NCBI RefSeq assembly: GCF_018977255.1
Contig: NW_024705420.1
Coordinates: forward strand, 1-46,285
DNA from: Callorhinchus milii
Lineage: Eukaryota
DNA length: 46,285 bases
Reading direction: 5' to 3'
The position numbers were made by a program, and so were the translations under genes. Each line of letters starts with the position of its first letter. The stretch's first letter is position 1. A model generated the notes under the pieces. The model did no database searches, was not told the DNA's origin, and saw nothing but the letters and a program-made list of their open reading frames with translations. Positions 1-11,014 of this stretch are shown piece by piece.

Positions 1-172
1 TCTCCATGAACTGATAAAGGCAGAACAAATTGTGTGCGAGTGTCTGTGTGTCCGTGCGGATCAAAAGTGTGCGTCCGTACGTGTATCTCGGTGTCTGTGT
101 GTGCGTGTGCGTGTGTGTGTGCGTGTGTGAGCTGGGGCTACGGGGGTTATTGTTGGGGTGTGTGAGGCTGTG

Positions 173-235
173 TGTATACTGGAGGCGCTGAGAGGTTAAT
201 CTTTGGAGGTGGAACCAGACTGAATGTTTTACCCA
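173..235 (+). pseudogene. TRAJ: J1 [20 protein letters not shown], splice donor mutated
   Basis: RSS 145-172 intact; ccca is followed by ATAAG instead of GTAAG; the next GT, 4 nt on, changes phase. Confidence 0.75.
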
Positions 236-248
236 ATAAGTAAGATCA

Positions 249-287
<39 letters not shown>

Positions 288-497
288 TCCTTCTCTCTCT
301 CCGTCTTCGAGACGTCTCAAAGCGCTTCACGGGACGCACCGTAAGGTGTAGTGGCCGTGTGCTTTGGGGGGCGAAACGCGGCGGCCACATTGTGCGGAAG
401 ACTAATGGAACGATAATCTCACATCTGTGACTCGCCGTAAAGTGTGGTGACTGTGCGTTTGGTGGGGCAGGTTATTGTTGGGGTGCGTGAGGCTGTG

Positions 498-560
498 TGA
501 ACGTTGGAAGTGGTGACAAAATGGTGTTCGGAGATGGAACCAGACTGAATGTTATACCCA
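498..560 (+). CDS. TRAJ: J2 [20 protein letters not shown]
   Basis: 12-RSS 470-497, FGxG, GTAAGT. Confidence 0.92.
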
Positions 561-837
561 GTAAGTGTTAATATGTGTGTGTGTGTGTGTGTGTCTCCGT
601 GTCTGTGTGTGTGTGTGTGTGTGTGTCTGTCGCTCTCTGTCTCTGTGTGTCTGTCTCTTTCCGTGACTCTCCGCCTCAGTCTCTCTCTCTCTGTGTGCGT
701 CTCAGTCTCAGTCTCTCTCTCTGTCTCTCTCTCAGTGTCTCAGTCTCTCGGGGCCTCTGGGGGATCAAGTGCAGTGACTGAGCCAGGCTGGCACAGTAAA
801 CGACGCAGAGGTTTGCGTTGGGGTGTGCGAGGCTGTG

Positions 838-900
838 TGAGTTTGGGCAACACTGGCAAAGTTAGCTTTGGAGACGGAACCAGACTGAGTGTTTTACCCA
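838..900 (+). CDS. TRAJ: J3 SLGNTGKVSFGDGTRLSVLP
   Basis: 12-RSS with nonamer GGTTTGCGT, FGxG, GTAAGT. Confidence 0.9.
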
Positions 901-1123
901 GTAAGTAATCTCTTGACGCTGTGAGAGAGAGCGAAAGAGAGAGAGAGGGGTTGGGGGAGAGAGAGAGAGAGAAAGGGAGAGACGCTGATAATCGTTGCGT
1001 TTGCTGCAGCGACTGATCACGTCTTTGAGACGTCTCTCTCTCTCTCTCTCTGTGCGCGTGTGTGTCCGCGTCAAGCAGTAAGATGGGGCTGCGCGGGTTA
1101 TTGTTGGGGCGCGTGGGGCCGTG

Positions 1124-1189
1124 TGAACGGTGGAGGCGCTGGCGACGCAACGGTGTTTGGAGATGGGACCAGACTGAACGTTTCGCCCA
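1124..1189 (+). CDS. TRAJ: J4 [21 protein letters not shown]
   Basis: 12-RSS with heptamer GGCCGTG, FGxG, GTAAGC. Confidence 0.87.
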
Positions 1190-1647
1190 GTAAGCGATCG
1201 TCTGCGAGAGCGAGTGTGCGAGCCGGTGTGCGAGTGAGTTAATGTGCGGGTGAGAGTGCGACGGGTGTGAGTGACTGAGTGAGTTAGTTCATGGGTGAGC
1301 GAGTTGGTCAGCTTCTTATTTGGTTGGTTATACACACATATATATATATAATAGTAATAATAATCCTTGCATTGGGATGCAGCGCCTTATCAGGCGTTTG
1401 GGACGACTCAAGAGCGCTTCACGGGACACACTGAAGTGAAGTGACTGCGTGTTTTTGTGAGCGAAACTTGGTCTCTGTGTGCGTCGCTGTCTCTCGGTCT
1501 CTTTCTCTGAGTCTCTCTCGCAGTCTCTGTCTGTCTCTCTCTCTCTCTCTCTCTGTGTCTCTGGGAGGTGAGGTGTAGTGACTGAGCCCAGGCTGACACA
1601 GTCAACAACGACACAGAGAGGTTTACGTTGGGGGGCGTGAGGCTGTG

Positions 1648-1710
1648 GGAATACTGGAAGCCTTGGCAAACCGGTGTTTGGAGATGGAACCAGACTGAAC
1701 GTTCTACCCG
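1648..1710 (+). CDS. TRAJ: J5 [20 protein letters not shown]
   Basis: 12-RSS with nonamer GGTTTACGT, FGxG, GTGAGT. Confidence 0.9.
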
Positions 1711-2055
1711 GTGAGTGAGCGAGTGATTTGGTCGTTGAGTTAGTGAGCAAGTGAGCTGGTTTGTCGGATGGTTGGTCGAGTTATCTCGTTCGTTAGTGCT
1801 TTTAATGATGGATAACAAAAATAAATAGTGCATTTCGTATCGCATGTAAATCTCCCTGTCCGTCTCTCTCTGTGCGTCTGTCTGTCTGTGCGTCTGTCTG
1901 TCTGTGCGTCTGTCTGTCTGTGCGTCTGTCTGTCTCTCTCTGTGTCCGTCTCTCTCTCTCTCTCTCTCTCATGTCTCCCTCATTCTCTGTGTGTCTCTGT
2001 GAGTTGAGCCGTAACTGGGGCTGTGAGGGTTATTGTTGGGGTGCGTGAGGCTGTG

Positions 2056-2121
2056 TGAGTAGTGGAAGCTCGGACTACACGCTGGTGTTTGGAGATGGAA
2101 CCAGACTGAACGTTTTAGCCA
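2056..2121 (+). CDS. TRAJ: J6 [21 protein letters not shown]
   Basis: 12-RSS, FGxG, GTAAGT. Confidence 0.92.
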
Positions 2122-2566
2122 GTAAGTGATCCTCTGCGCGAGTGAGCGAGTTAACGGGTCAGTGAGTCCGTTGGTTTCATATAAACATAGAGTAAAATAA
2201 TTATAATCCTCGCATTTGACGAGACGTCTCAAAGCGCTTCACAGGATACACTGTAAAGTGTAGCGACTGTGTGTTTTGTGGGCGAAACGTGGTCTCTGTG
2301 TTGTGTGTGTATGTCGCTCTCTCTCTCTCTCTCGGTCTCTATCTCGTTCGGTCTCCACCTCTCTCGGTCTCTGCGTTCCCCCTCTCTCTCTGTCCGAGGG
2401 TGGCGTTGCACGGGTCAGTCCGGTGAGGGTGAGGAGCTTGAAATCGATCCGCTGGGAGAGGAGAGAGAGTGAGAGAAAAAATGAGAGACAGAGAGAGAGA
2501 CAGAGAGAGAGAGAGAGAATGAGCTGAATTGGGGATGAGGTTATTGTTGGGGTGTGTGAGGCTGTG

Positions 2567-2629
2567 TGAACGCTGCATCTGGGACCAAAATGGTGTTTGG
2601 AGAAGGAACCAGACTGAACATTTTGCCCA
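2567..2629 (+). CDS. TRAJ: J7 NAASGTKMVFGEGTRLNILP
   Basis: 12-RSS, FGxG, GTAAGC. Confidence 0.92.
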
Positions 2630-2744
2630 GTAAGCCTCTCTCTGTCTCTGTCGTAAGGATATTACACTGCGCTCTACAAATGCAAGTTGTTTGCGGTCTG
2701 TGTCTCTCTCACAGTCTCTCTCTGTTTCTCTGTCTTTGTATGTG

Positions 2745-4095
2745 TGTGTGTGTGTGAGTGTGTGTCTCTCTCCGTGTCTGTGTGAGAGTGTGTCTCTCTG
2801 CGTGTCTGTGTGAGTGTGTGTCTCTCTGCGTGTCTGTGTGAGTGTCTCTCTCTGAGTGTCTGTGAGTGTGTGTGTCTGTCTCGCTCTGCGTGTCTGTGTG
2901 AGTGTATGTCTCTCTCTGCGTGTCTGTGTGAGTGTGTGTGTCTCTCTCTGCGTGTCTGTGTGAGTGTGTGTGTCTCTCTGCGTGTCTGTGTGAGTGTGTG
3001 TGTCTCTCTCTGCGTGTCTGTGAGTGTGTGTGTCTGTCTCTCTCTGCGTGTCTGTGTGAGTGTGTGTCTCTCTGCGTGTCTGTGAGTGTGTGTGTCTCTC
3101 TCTGCGTGTCTGTGTGAGTGTGTGTCTCTCTGCGTGTCTGTGTGAGTGTGTGTGTCTCTCTCTGCGTGTCTGTGTGAGTGTGTGTGTCTCTCTGCGTGTC
3201 TGTGTGAGTGTGTCTCTCTCTCTGCGTGTCTGTGTGAGTGTGTGTCTCTCTGCGTGTGTGTGAGTGTGTGTGTCTGTCTCTCTCTGCGTGTCTGTGAGTG
3301 TGTGTGTCTGTCTCTGCGTGTCTGTGTGAGTGTGTGTGTCTCTCTCTTGCGTGTCTGTGTGAGTGTGTGTGTGTGTCTGTCTCTCTGAGTGTCTGTGTGA
3401 GTGTGTGTCTCTCTGTGTGTCTGTGTAAGTGTGTGTCTCTCTGTTTGTCTGTGTGAGTGTGTGTCTCTCTGCGTGTCTGTGTGAGTGTGTGTGTCTGTCT
3501 CTCTCTGCGTGTCTGTGTGAGTGTGTGTCTCTCTGCGTGTCTGTGTGAGTGTGTGTGTCTGTCTCTCTCTGCGTGTCTGTGTGAGTGTGTGTCTCTCTGC
3601 GTGTCTGTGTGAGTGTGTGTGTCTGTCTCTCTCTGCGTGTCTGTGAGTGTGTGTGTCTGTCTCTCTCTGCGTGTCCGTGAGTGTGTGTGTCTGTCTCTGC
3701 GTGTCTGTGTGAGTGTGTGTGTCTCTCTCTCTGCGTGTCTGTGTGAGTGTGTGTGTGTGTCTGTCTCTCTGAGTGTCTGTGTGAGTGTGTGTCTCTCTGT
3801 GTGTCTGTGTAAGTGTGTGTCTCTCTGTTTGTCTGTGTGAGTGTCTGTCTCTCTGCGTGTCTGTGTGAGTGTGTGTGTCTGTCTCTCTCTGCGTGTCTGT
3901 GTGAGTGTGTGTCTCTCTGCGTGTCTGTGTGAGTGTGTGTGTCTGTCTCTCTCTGCGTGTCTGTGTGAGTGTGTGTCTCTCTGCGTGTCCGTGAGTGTGT
4001 GTGTCTGTCTCTCTCTGCGTGTCCGTGAGTGTGAGACGTGTGAGACGTGTGAGTGTGGGTCTCTCTGCGTGTCTGTGTGTGTTTGTGTGTCTGTG
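2745..4095. repeat. Compound minisatellite (TGTGAGTGTGTGTCTCTCTGCGTGTC-like units)
   Basis: Tandem reiteration visible directly. Confidence 0.9.
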
Positions 4096-4140
4096 TGAAC
4101 GAGGGCAGTGAGGGTTATTGTTGGGGTGTGTGAGGCTGTG

Positions 4141-4203
4141 TGAATACTGGAAGCACTAACACGCTGGTGTTTGGAGATGGAACCAGACTGAACGTTTTAC
4201 CCA
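4141..4203 (+). CDS. TRAJ: J8 [20 protein letters not shown]
   Basis: 12-RSS, FGxG, GTAAGT. Confidence 0.92.
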
Positions 4204-4550
4204 GTAAGTGATCATCTGTGTGAGCGAGCGATTTGGTCGCTGAGCGAGCGAGTGAGTCAGTTAATGAGTTAGCGAGTCGGTTAGTTTGTTATTTGGTTGG
4301 TTATATAAAAATAATAATCCTTGCATTCGACCCGACGCCTTATCATGTCGTCGAGACGTCTCAAAGCGCTTCACGGGATACCCTGTAAAGTGCAGTGACT
4401 GTGCGTTTTGTGGGCGTAAACTGGGTCCCTGTGTGTCTCGCTATCTGTGGGGTCTCTCTCTCAGTCTGTCTGTGTGTGTGTGTCGGTGTGTCACTGAGTT
4501 GAGCAGTCGTTGGGGCTGAGAGGGTTATTGTTGGGGTGTGTGAGACTGTG

Positions 4551-4604
4551 TGAATACTCAGAAATTAATCTTTGGCGATGGAACCAGACTGAATGTTTTA
4601 CCCG
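4551..4604 (+). CDS. TRAJ: J9 [17 protein letters not shown]
   Basis: 12-RSS with heptamer GACTGTG, FGxG, GTACGT. Confidence 0.9.
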
Positions 4605-4963
4605 GTACGTAAGAGATCAATGTCTGTCTCTCTCTCTCTGTCTCTTGCAATCTCCCTCACAGTCTCTCTCTTATAATAATAATAATAATAATAACCCTTG
4701 CATTTGATACAACGCCTTATCACGTCTTCGAAACGTCTGAAAGCGCTTCACAGGATACACTGCAAAACGTAGTGACGGCGTGTTTTGTGGCTGTCCTTCT
4801 CTATCTCACAGTCTCTCTGTCTGTGCCTCTTGTCAGTCTCTGTGTCTCTCTCTCACAGTCTCTGTCTCTCTGTGTCTGTCTGTGCCTCTCTATGTCTGCG
4901 TGTCGCTGAGCTGAGCAGTAAACTGGGGCTGTGAGGGTTATTGTTGGGGGGTGTGAGGCTGTG

Positions 4964-5026
4964 TGTATGATGGAAGCAACACCAAGCTGGTCTTTGGAGA
5001 TGGAACCAGACTGAACGTTTTACCCA
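4964..5026 (+). CDS. TRAJ: J10 [20 protein letters not shown]
   Basis: 12-RSS, FGxG, GTAAGT. Confidence 0.92.
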
Positions 5027-5321
5027 GTAAGTCTCTCTCTGTCTGTATGTATGTATGTGCGTCTCTCTCTCTGTCTATCTTTCTGTGTTTCTCTTTTTCT
5101 CTCTCTCTCTCTACGTGTGTGTGTGTGTGTGTGTGTGCGTACGTCTCGTTCGCTCTCTCTCTCTCTCTGTTTGTGTATCTCACTCTCTCTGTGTGTCTGT
5201 GTGTGTGTGTGTGTGTGTCAGTCTTTGTATGTCTTTCTGTGTGTCTCTGTCTCTCCGTCTCCCTCTTTCTCTCTGTGTCTCCCTCTCTCTGAGGGTTATT
5301 GTTAGGGTGTGTGAGGCTGTG

Positions 5322-5381
5322 TGTATAGCGGAGATCGGAAGCTTACCTTTGGAGATGGAACCAGACTGAACGTTTTACCCA
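5322..5381 (+). CDS. TRAJ: J11 [19 protein letters not shown]
   Basis: 12-RSS, FGxG, GTGAGT. Confidence 0.92.
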
Positions 5382-5699
5382 GTGAGTGTTCAGAAGATTA
5401 GGTTTAAACTCTGAGCAGATTAATAGTTATAATAAGTATTATTATTGATAAACCTTGCATTTGGTACAGAGTAAAACCTCTGTATCTCTGACTCTCTGTC
5501 TCAGTCGCTGTCTCTTTGTCTCTCTGTCTCAGTCTCTCTGTCTGTCTCTTTCTCCCCTGAACTGATAAAGACAGAACAAAATTGTGTGTGTGTGAGAGAG
5601 AAAGTGTCCGAGTGTGTATGTGAGTGTGTCTGAGAGTGTGTGTGTGTGTGTGTGTAAGATGGGGCTGTGAGGGTTATTGTGAGGGTGTGTGAGGCTGTG

Positions 5700-5758
5700 T
5701 GAATACCGCAGGTGGGAGACTGGTGTTTGAGATGGAACCAGACTGAATGTTTTACCCA
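5700..5758 (+). pseudogene. TRAJ: J12, frameshifted (NTAGGRLVF, then 1-nt deletion)
   Basis: TTTGAGATGGA instead of TTTGGAGATGGA; TGA falls in the frame of the 3' end. Confidence 0.8.
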
Positions 5759-6079
5759 GTAAGTCTTCTCTGTGTGTGTGTGTGTGTGTCTCTCTCTCTC
5801 TCTCTCTCTGTGTGTTAAGCGCTCTGGGGGCGCAATATAAATATAATGCCATATAAATACAAACGCGAGTCGTCGTTGTCTCTGTGCGTGTGTCTCTCTC
5901 TTTGTCTTATCTCTTTCTCCCCTGAGCTTATAAAGACAGAACAAATTGTGTGTGTGTGTGTGTCTCTCTCTCTCTCTCCGTCAGTCAGTCAGTCAGTCTC
6001 TCTCTCTCTCTCTGTGTGTGCCTGAGTTGAGCAGTAAGCCGGGGCGATGAGGGTTATTGTTGGGGTGTGTGAGGCTGTG

Positions 6080-6142
6080 TGAATAGTGGAGCCAACGCCG
6101 GGCTAATCTTTGGAGATGGAACCAGACTGGACGTTTTACCCA
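6080..6142 (+). CDS. TRAJ: J13 NSGANAGLIFGDGTRLDVLP
   Basis: 12-RSS, FGxG, GTGAGT. Confidence 0.92.
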
Positions 6143-6647
6143 GTGAGTACCGAGTGAGCGAGCTTGCTGGCGAGTTACTCGGTTGGCGGGTCGTGCGTTG
6201 GTTAGCTTGTTATTTGGTTGGTCGTGTAATAATAATCCTCGCATTTGATACAGCGCCTTATCATGTCTTTGGGACGTCTCAAAGCGCTTCACGGGATACA
6301 CCATGAGGTGTAGTGACTGCGTGTTTTGTGGGCGGAACGCGGGGCAGTCAATTGCGCACAATGTTAACGCAATAATCTGACTCACATCTGACTCGCTGTG
6401 AGGTGTAGTGACTGTGTGTTTAGTGGGGCAGGTTATGTGCACACACACTCACATTTCGCACCGTCTCAGTCTCTCTGTGTCTCTGTGTCCTCCTCCAGTC
6501 TTTCTTTCTCCATCTCTCTGTCTCTCAGTGTCTCAGTCTCTCTCTCTCTCTCTCTCTGTGCCTTTGGGAAGTGAAGTGGTAGTGACTGAGCCCAGGTCGG
6601 CACTGCAAATGACACAAGAGGTTTATGTTGGGGGGTGTGAGGCTGTG

Positions 6648-6704
6648 TGAATGTTGGAGACGCGCTGGTGTTTGGAGATGGAACCAGACTGAATGTTTTA
6701 CCCG
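6648..6704 (+). CDS. TRAJ: J14 [18 protein letters not shown]
   Basis: 12-RSS with nonamer GGTTTATGT, FGxG, GTAAGT. Confidence 0.92.
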
Positions 6705-6727
6705 GTAAGTGACGTCTGACACTGAGG

Positions 6728-6763
<36 letters not shown>

Positions 6764-6926
6764 AAGGGGAAGAGAAGAGGGAGAAATAATAATAATAATA
6801 AATTCATTTGATACAGCGCCTTATCAGGTCTTCGAAACGTCTCAAAGCGCTTCCCGTGACTCGCTGTGAAGCGTAGTGACTGTGCGTTTGGTGGGGCAGG
6901 TTATTGTTGGGGTGCGTGAGGCTGTG

Positions 6927-6989
6927 TGAGTAGTGGAAACGCTGACAAGCTGGAGTTCGGAGATGGAACCAGACTGAATGTTATACCCA
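6927..6989 (+). CDS. TRAJ: J15 [20 protein letters not shown]
   Basis: 12-RSS, FGxG, GTAAGT. Confidence 0.92.
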
Positions 6990-7401
6990 GTAAGTGTTAA
7001 ATGTGTGTGTGTGTCTCTCCGCGTGTGTGTGTGTGTGTCTGTCGCTCTCTGTGTCTGTCTCTTTCCGTGACTCTCCGTCTCAGTCTCTCTCTCTGTCTCT
7101 CTCTCAGTGTCTCAGTCTCTCGGGGCCTCTGGGGGATCAAGTGTAGTGACTGAGCCAGGCTGGCACAGTAAACGACGCAGAGGTTTACGTGTGTGCGTCT
7201 TGTCTGTGTCTCCGTGTGCGCGCGCGTGTGTGTCTCTCTCTGTCTCTGTCTCTGTGTGCGCGTCTGTCTGTCTGTCTGTCTCTCTGTGTCTCTTTTCTGT
7301 GACGCTCGCTCTCTCCGTCTCTCTCTGTGAGGTGTAGTGACTGAGCCCAGGCTGACACTGCAAACGACACAGAGGTTTATGTTGGGGGGTGTGAGGCTGT
7401 G

Positions 7402-7458
7402 TGAATACTCGAGACGCGCTGGTGTTTGGAGATGGAACCAGACTGAATGTTTCACCCA
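7402..7458 (+). CDS. TRAJ: J16 [18 protein letters not shown]
   Basis: 12-RSS GGTTTATGT, FGxG, GTAAGT. Confidence 0.92.
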
Positions 7459-7536
7459 GTAAGTGATCATCTGTGTGTGTGAGTTGAGCAGTAAATTGGG
7501 GCCGTGAGGGTTATTGTTGGGGGGTGTGAGGCTGTG

Positions 7537-7599
7537 TGTCTGGTGGAGGCACCAAGAACTTAATCTTTGGAGATGGAACCAGACTGAATGTTGTACCCA
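7537..7599 (+). CDS. TRAJ: J17 [20 protein letters not shown]
   Basis: 12-RSS, FGxG, GTACGT. Confidence 0.9.
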
Positions 7600-7700
7600 G
7601 TACGTAAGAGATCAATGTATTCCTCTTTCTCTGTCCGTCCGTCTCTCTCTCTCTCTCTCTCTCTCTTTCACGGTCTCTCTCTCTCTCTCTGTCTGTCTAT

Positions 7701-7823
7701 AATAATCCTATAATAACAATCCTGGGGTTTGACCCGGCGCCCGATCACGTCGTCGAGACGTCTCAAAGCGCTTCACAGGATACGCGGTAAAGTGTAGTGA
7801 CTGTGTGTTTTGTGGGCGAAACT
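7701..7823 (-). mobile_element. Representative copy of a ~110-bp L2-tailed SINE-like repeat (dozens of copies, both strands)
   Basis: Consensus CACAAAACACACAGTCACTACAC..GTGAAGCGCTTTGAGACGTCTCGAAGACGTGATAAGGCGC..AAATGCAAGGATTATTATT; 3' end resembles the tail of the L2 fragment at 26955-27028. Confidence 0.7.
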
Positions 7824-7896
7824 TGGTCTCTGCGTGTGTGTCTCTCGCTGTCTGTGTGTGTGTGTGAGGGTTATTGTTAGGGTGTGTGAGGCTGTG

Positions 7897-7956
7897 TGTA
7901 TGGTGCAGATCAGAAGCTTACCTTTGGAGATGGAACCAGACTGAACGTTTTACCCA
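7897..7956 (+). CDS. TRAJ: J18 [19 protein letters not shown]
   Basis: 12-RSS, FGxG, GTGAGT. Confidence 0.92.
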
Positions 7957-8279
7957 GTGAGTGTTCAGGAGATTAGGTTTAAACTCTGAGCAGATTAATA
8001 GTTATAATAATTATTATTATTATTGATAAACCTTGCATTTGGTACAGCGTAGAAACTCGTGACTCTCTGTCTCAGTCGCTCTCGCTGTCTCTGTCTCACT
8101 CTTTGTCTCTGTCTCAGTCTCTCTGTCTCTCTCTTTCTCCCCCGAACTGTTAAAAGATGGAACAAAATTGTGCGTGTGTGATTGAGAGAAAGTGTCCGAG
8201 TGTGTACGTGAGTGTGTCTGAGAGTGTGTGTGTGTAAGATGGGGCTGTGAGGGTTATTGTGAGGGTGTGTGAGGCTGTG

Positions 8280-8339
8280 TGAACGCTGCAGGTGGGGAAC
8301 TGGTGTTCGGAGACGGAACCAGACTGAACGTTTTACCCA
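8280..8339 (+). CDS. TRAJ: J19 [19 protein letters not shown]
   Basis: 12-RSS, FGxG, GTAAGT. Confidence 0.92.
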
Positions 8340-8641
8340 GTAAGTCTCTCTCTGCGTCTCTCTCTGTCATAATAATGGCTCTGGGACGCTACACTCCACG
8401 AGGGGCGCGATGTCCACATAAATGCAAGTTGTTGTTGTCTCTGTGCGCGTGTCTCTCTCGTTGTCTGTCTGTCCCCTGAACTTATAAAGACAGCACAAAT
8501 TGTGCGTGTGTGTGTGTGTGTGTGTCTCTCTCTCTCTCTCTCTGTCAGTGTCTCTTGTCTGTCTGTCTGTGTGTGTGTGTGTGGCTGAGTTGAGCAGTAG
8601 TCGGGGCTGTGAGGGTTATTGTGTGGGTGTGTGAGGCTGTG

Positions 8642-8704
8642 TGAATGGTGTAAGCGCTGGCAAAATGGTGTTTGGAGATGGAACCAGACTGAATGTTTTA
8701 CCCC
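8642..8704 (+). CDS. TRAJ: J20 [20 protein letters not shown]
   Basis: 12-RSS, FGxG, GTAAGT. Confidence 0.92.
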
Positions 8705-8941
8705 GTAAGTATTAATGTGTGTGTGTGTGTGTCTGTCTCTCTCTCGGTCTGTGTGTGTGTCTCCGTCTGTGTCTCTGTGTGTGTGTGCGTCTCTATCTCC
8801 GTGTGTGCGTGTGTGTCTGTCTGTCTATCTCTCTCGGTGTCTCAGTTCTCTCTGTGTCTCTGGGAGGTGAGGTGTAGTGACTGAGCCCAGGCGGACACTG
8901 TAAACGGCACGGAGGTTTATGTTGGGGGGTGCGAGGCTGTG

Positions 8942-8998
8942 TGAACGCTGGACAGGCGCTGGTGTTCGGAGATGGAACCAGACTGAATGTTTTACCCG
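8942..8998 (+). CDS. TRAJ: J21 [18 protein letters not shown]
   Basis: 12-RSS GGTTTATGT, FGxG, GTACGT. Confidence 0.9.
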
Positions 8999-9090
8999 GT
9001 ACGTGATCGTGTCCGTGTGTGTGTGTGTGTGTGTGAGTTGAGCAGTACGTTGGGGCTGTGAGGGTTATTGTTGGGGGGTGTGAGGCTGTG

Positions 9091-9153
9091 TGTCTGGTGG
9101 AGGCAACACCAGACTAATCTTTGGAGATGGAACCAGACTGAATGTTGTACCCA
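9091..9153 (+). CDS. TRAJ: J22 [20 protein letters not shown]
   Basis: 12-RSS, FGxG, GTAAGT. Confidence 0.92.
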
Positions 9154-9433
9154 GTAAGTAAGAAATCAATGTGTCTCTCTTTCTCTATCAGTCTCTCTCT
9201 CTCTCTCTCTCTCTCACGGTCTCTCTCTCTGTCCATAATAATCCTACAATAATAATCCTTGCATCTGACCCAGCGCCTTATGAGACGTCTCAAAGCGCTT
9301 CACCGGACACACACTGCGAAGTCTAGTGACTGTGTTGCTTTGTGGGCGAAACTTTGGTCTCCGCGTGCGTCTCTGTGTGTGTGTGTGTGTGTGTCTCTGT
9401 GTGAGGGTTATTGTTGGGGTGTGTGAGGCTGTG

Positions 9434-9490
9434 TGAGTGCTGGAGACGCGCTGGTGTTTGGAGATGGAACCAGACTGACTGTTACACCCG
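9434..9490 (+). CDS. TRAJ: J23 [18 protein letters not shown]
   Basis: 12-RSS, FGxG, GTAAGT. Confidence 0.92.
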
Positions 9491-9738
9491 GTAAGTCATC
9501 CGTGTGAGTGAGAGATTCAGTTGAGGAGTTGTCCGTTTGGTCGGCCGGCTGGTTAGCTGGGCGGTATTTTAAATCATTAGTCATGAAAAAAAAACAATCG
9601 TACATTTCATATCAGGTATAAATCTCCACGTCTCCCTCAGTCTCTCTCTCTCTCTCTCTCTCTCTCTGCGTGTCTCTCTCTTGAGTTGAGCAGTAAGTTG
9701 GGGCTCTGCGGGTTATCGTTGGGGGGTGTGAGGCTGTG

Positions 9739-9801
9739 TGAACAGTGGAGGCTCTTGGAAATTAATCTTTGGAAATGGAACCAGACTGAACGTTTTACCC
9801 A
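9739..9801 (+). CDS. TRAJ: J24 [20 protein letters not shown]
   Basis: 12-RSS with nonamer GGTTATCGT, FGxG, GTAAGT. Confidence 0.9.
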
Positions 9802-10235
9802 GTAAGTCTGCGTGTGTGTGTGTGTGTGTCTCTCTCTCTCTCTCTCTCTCTCTCAGTCTCGTATACAGTCAATTCACTTTACAGCGTATTCTGGGAAGCG
9901 CTTTGAGACGTCTCGAAGACGTGAATTAGGCCCTGGGTCAAATGCAAGGATTATTATTATCCCTGTATATGTGTGTCTGTTTCTCTCTCTCTGTCTACCT
10001 CTCCCTCTCTCTGTCTCTCTCCCTATCTCTCTCTCCCCCTATCTCTCTCTCTGTCTGTCTCTCTCTCTCTCTGTCTGTGTGTGTGTGTGTCTCGCTTTCT
10101 GTCTGTGTGTGTCTCTCTCTCTCAGTGCCTCGTTCAGTCGCTCTCTCTCTCTGTGTCTCTGGGAGGTGTAGTGACTGAGCCCAGGCTGACACTGTAAATG
10201 GCACAGAGGTTTATGTTGGGGTGTGTGAGGCTGTG

Positions 10236-10298
10236 TGAACACTGGAACTGGGAACAACCTGGTGTTTGGAGATGGAACCAGACTGAACGTTTTACCCA
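10236..10298 (+). CDS. TRAJ: J25 [20 protein letters not shown]
   Basis: 12-RSS GGTTTATGT, FGxG, GTAAGT. Confidence 0.92.
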
Positions 10299-10385
10299 GT
10301 AAGTGATCATCTGCGTGTGTGTGTATGGCTGAGTTGAGCAGTAGTTGGGGCCGTGAAGGTTATTGTTGGGGGGTGTGAGGCTGTG

Positions 10386-10448
10386 TGAATAGTGGAGGCA
10401 CCAAGAAGTTAATCTTTGGAGATGGAACCAGACTGAATGTTGTACCCA
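10386..10448 (+). CDS. TRAJ: J26 [20 protein letters not shown]
   Basis: 12-RSS, FGxG, GTACGT. Confidence 0.9.
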
Positions 10449-10605
10449 GTACGTAAGAGATCAATCTCTCTCTCTTTCTCTGTCCGTCTCTCTCTCTCTC
10501 TCACACGCTCTCTCACACGGTCTCTCTCTCTCTCTCTGTCTGTAATAATTATCCTTGCAGTAAGTTGGGGCTGTGAGGGTTATTGTTGGGGGGTGTGAGG
10601 CTGTG

Positions 10606-10668
10606 TGAATAGTGGAAGCACTCGGAAATTAATCTTTGGAAATGGAACCAGACTGAATGTTTTACCCA
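10606..10668 (+). CDS. TRAJ: J27 [20 protein letters not shown]
   Basis: 12-RSS, FGxG, GTAAGT. Confidence 0.92.
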
Positions 10669-11014
10669 GTAAGTCCAGTGTGTGTATAAATGTGTGTGTG
10701 TGTGTCTGTCTCTCTCTCTCTCTCAGTCTCCGTCTCTCTCAATCTCATGCGCAGTCAATTCACTTTACAGCGTATCCTGTGAAGCGCTTTGAGACGTCTC
10801 GAAGATTCAAGGATTATTATTATCTCTGTATATGTGACTCTCTCTCTCTCTCTCTGTGTCTGTGTCTCTCTCTCTCTCTATGTCTGTCTCTCTCTCTGTC
10901 TCTCTCTCTATCTGTGTCGCTGCTCTCTCTCAGTCTCCCTGTCTCTCTGTGTCTCTCTGAGTTGAGCAGTAAGTTGGGGCTGTGAGGGTTATTGTTGAGG
11001 TGTGTGAGGCTGTG

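Noticed and set aside
7770..7823. SINE-internal CACAGTC as a functional RSS or D-segment signal
   Set aside because: I found no nonamer-like sequence at 12 or 23 bp from it
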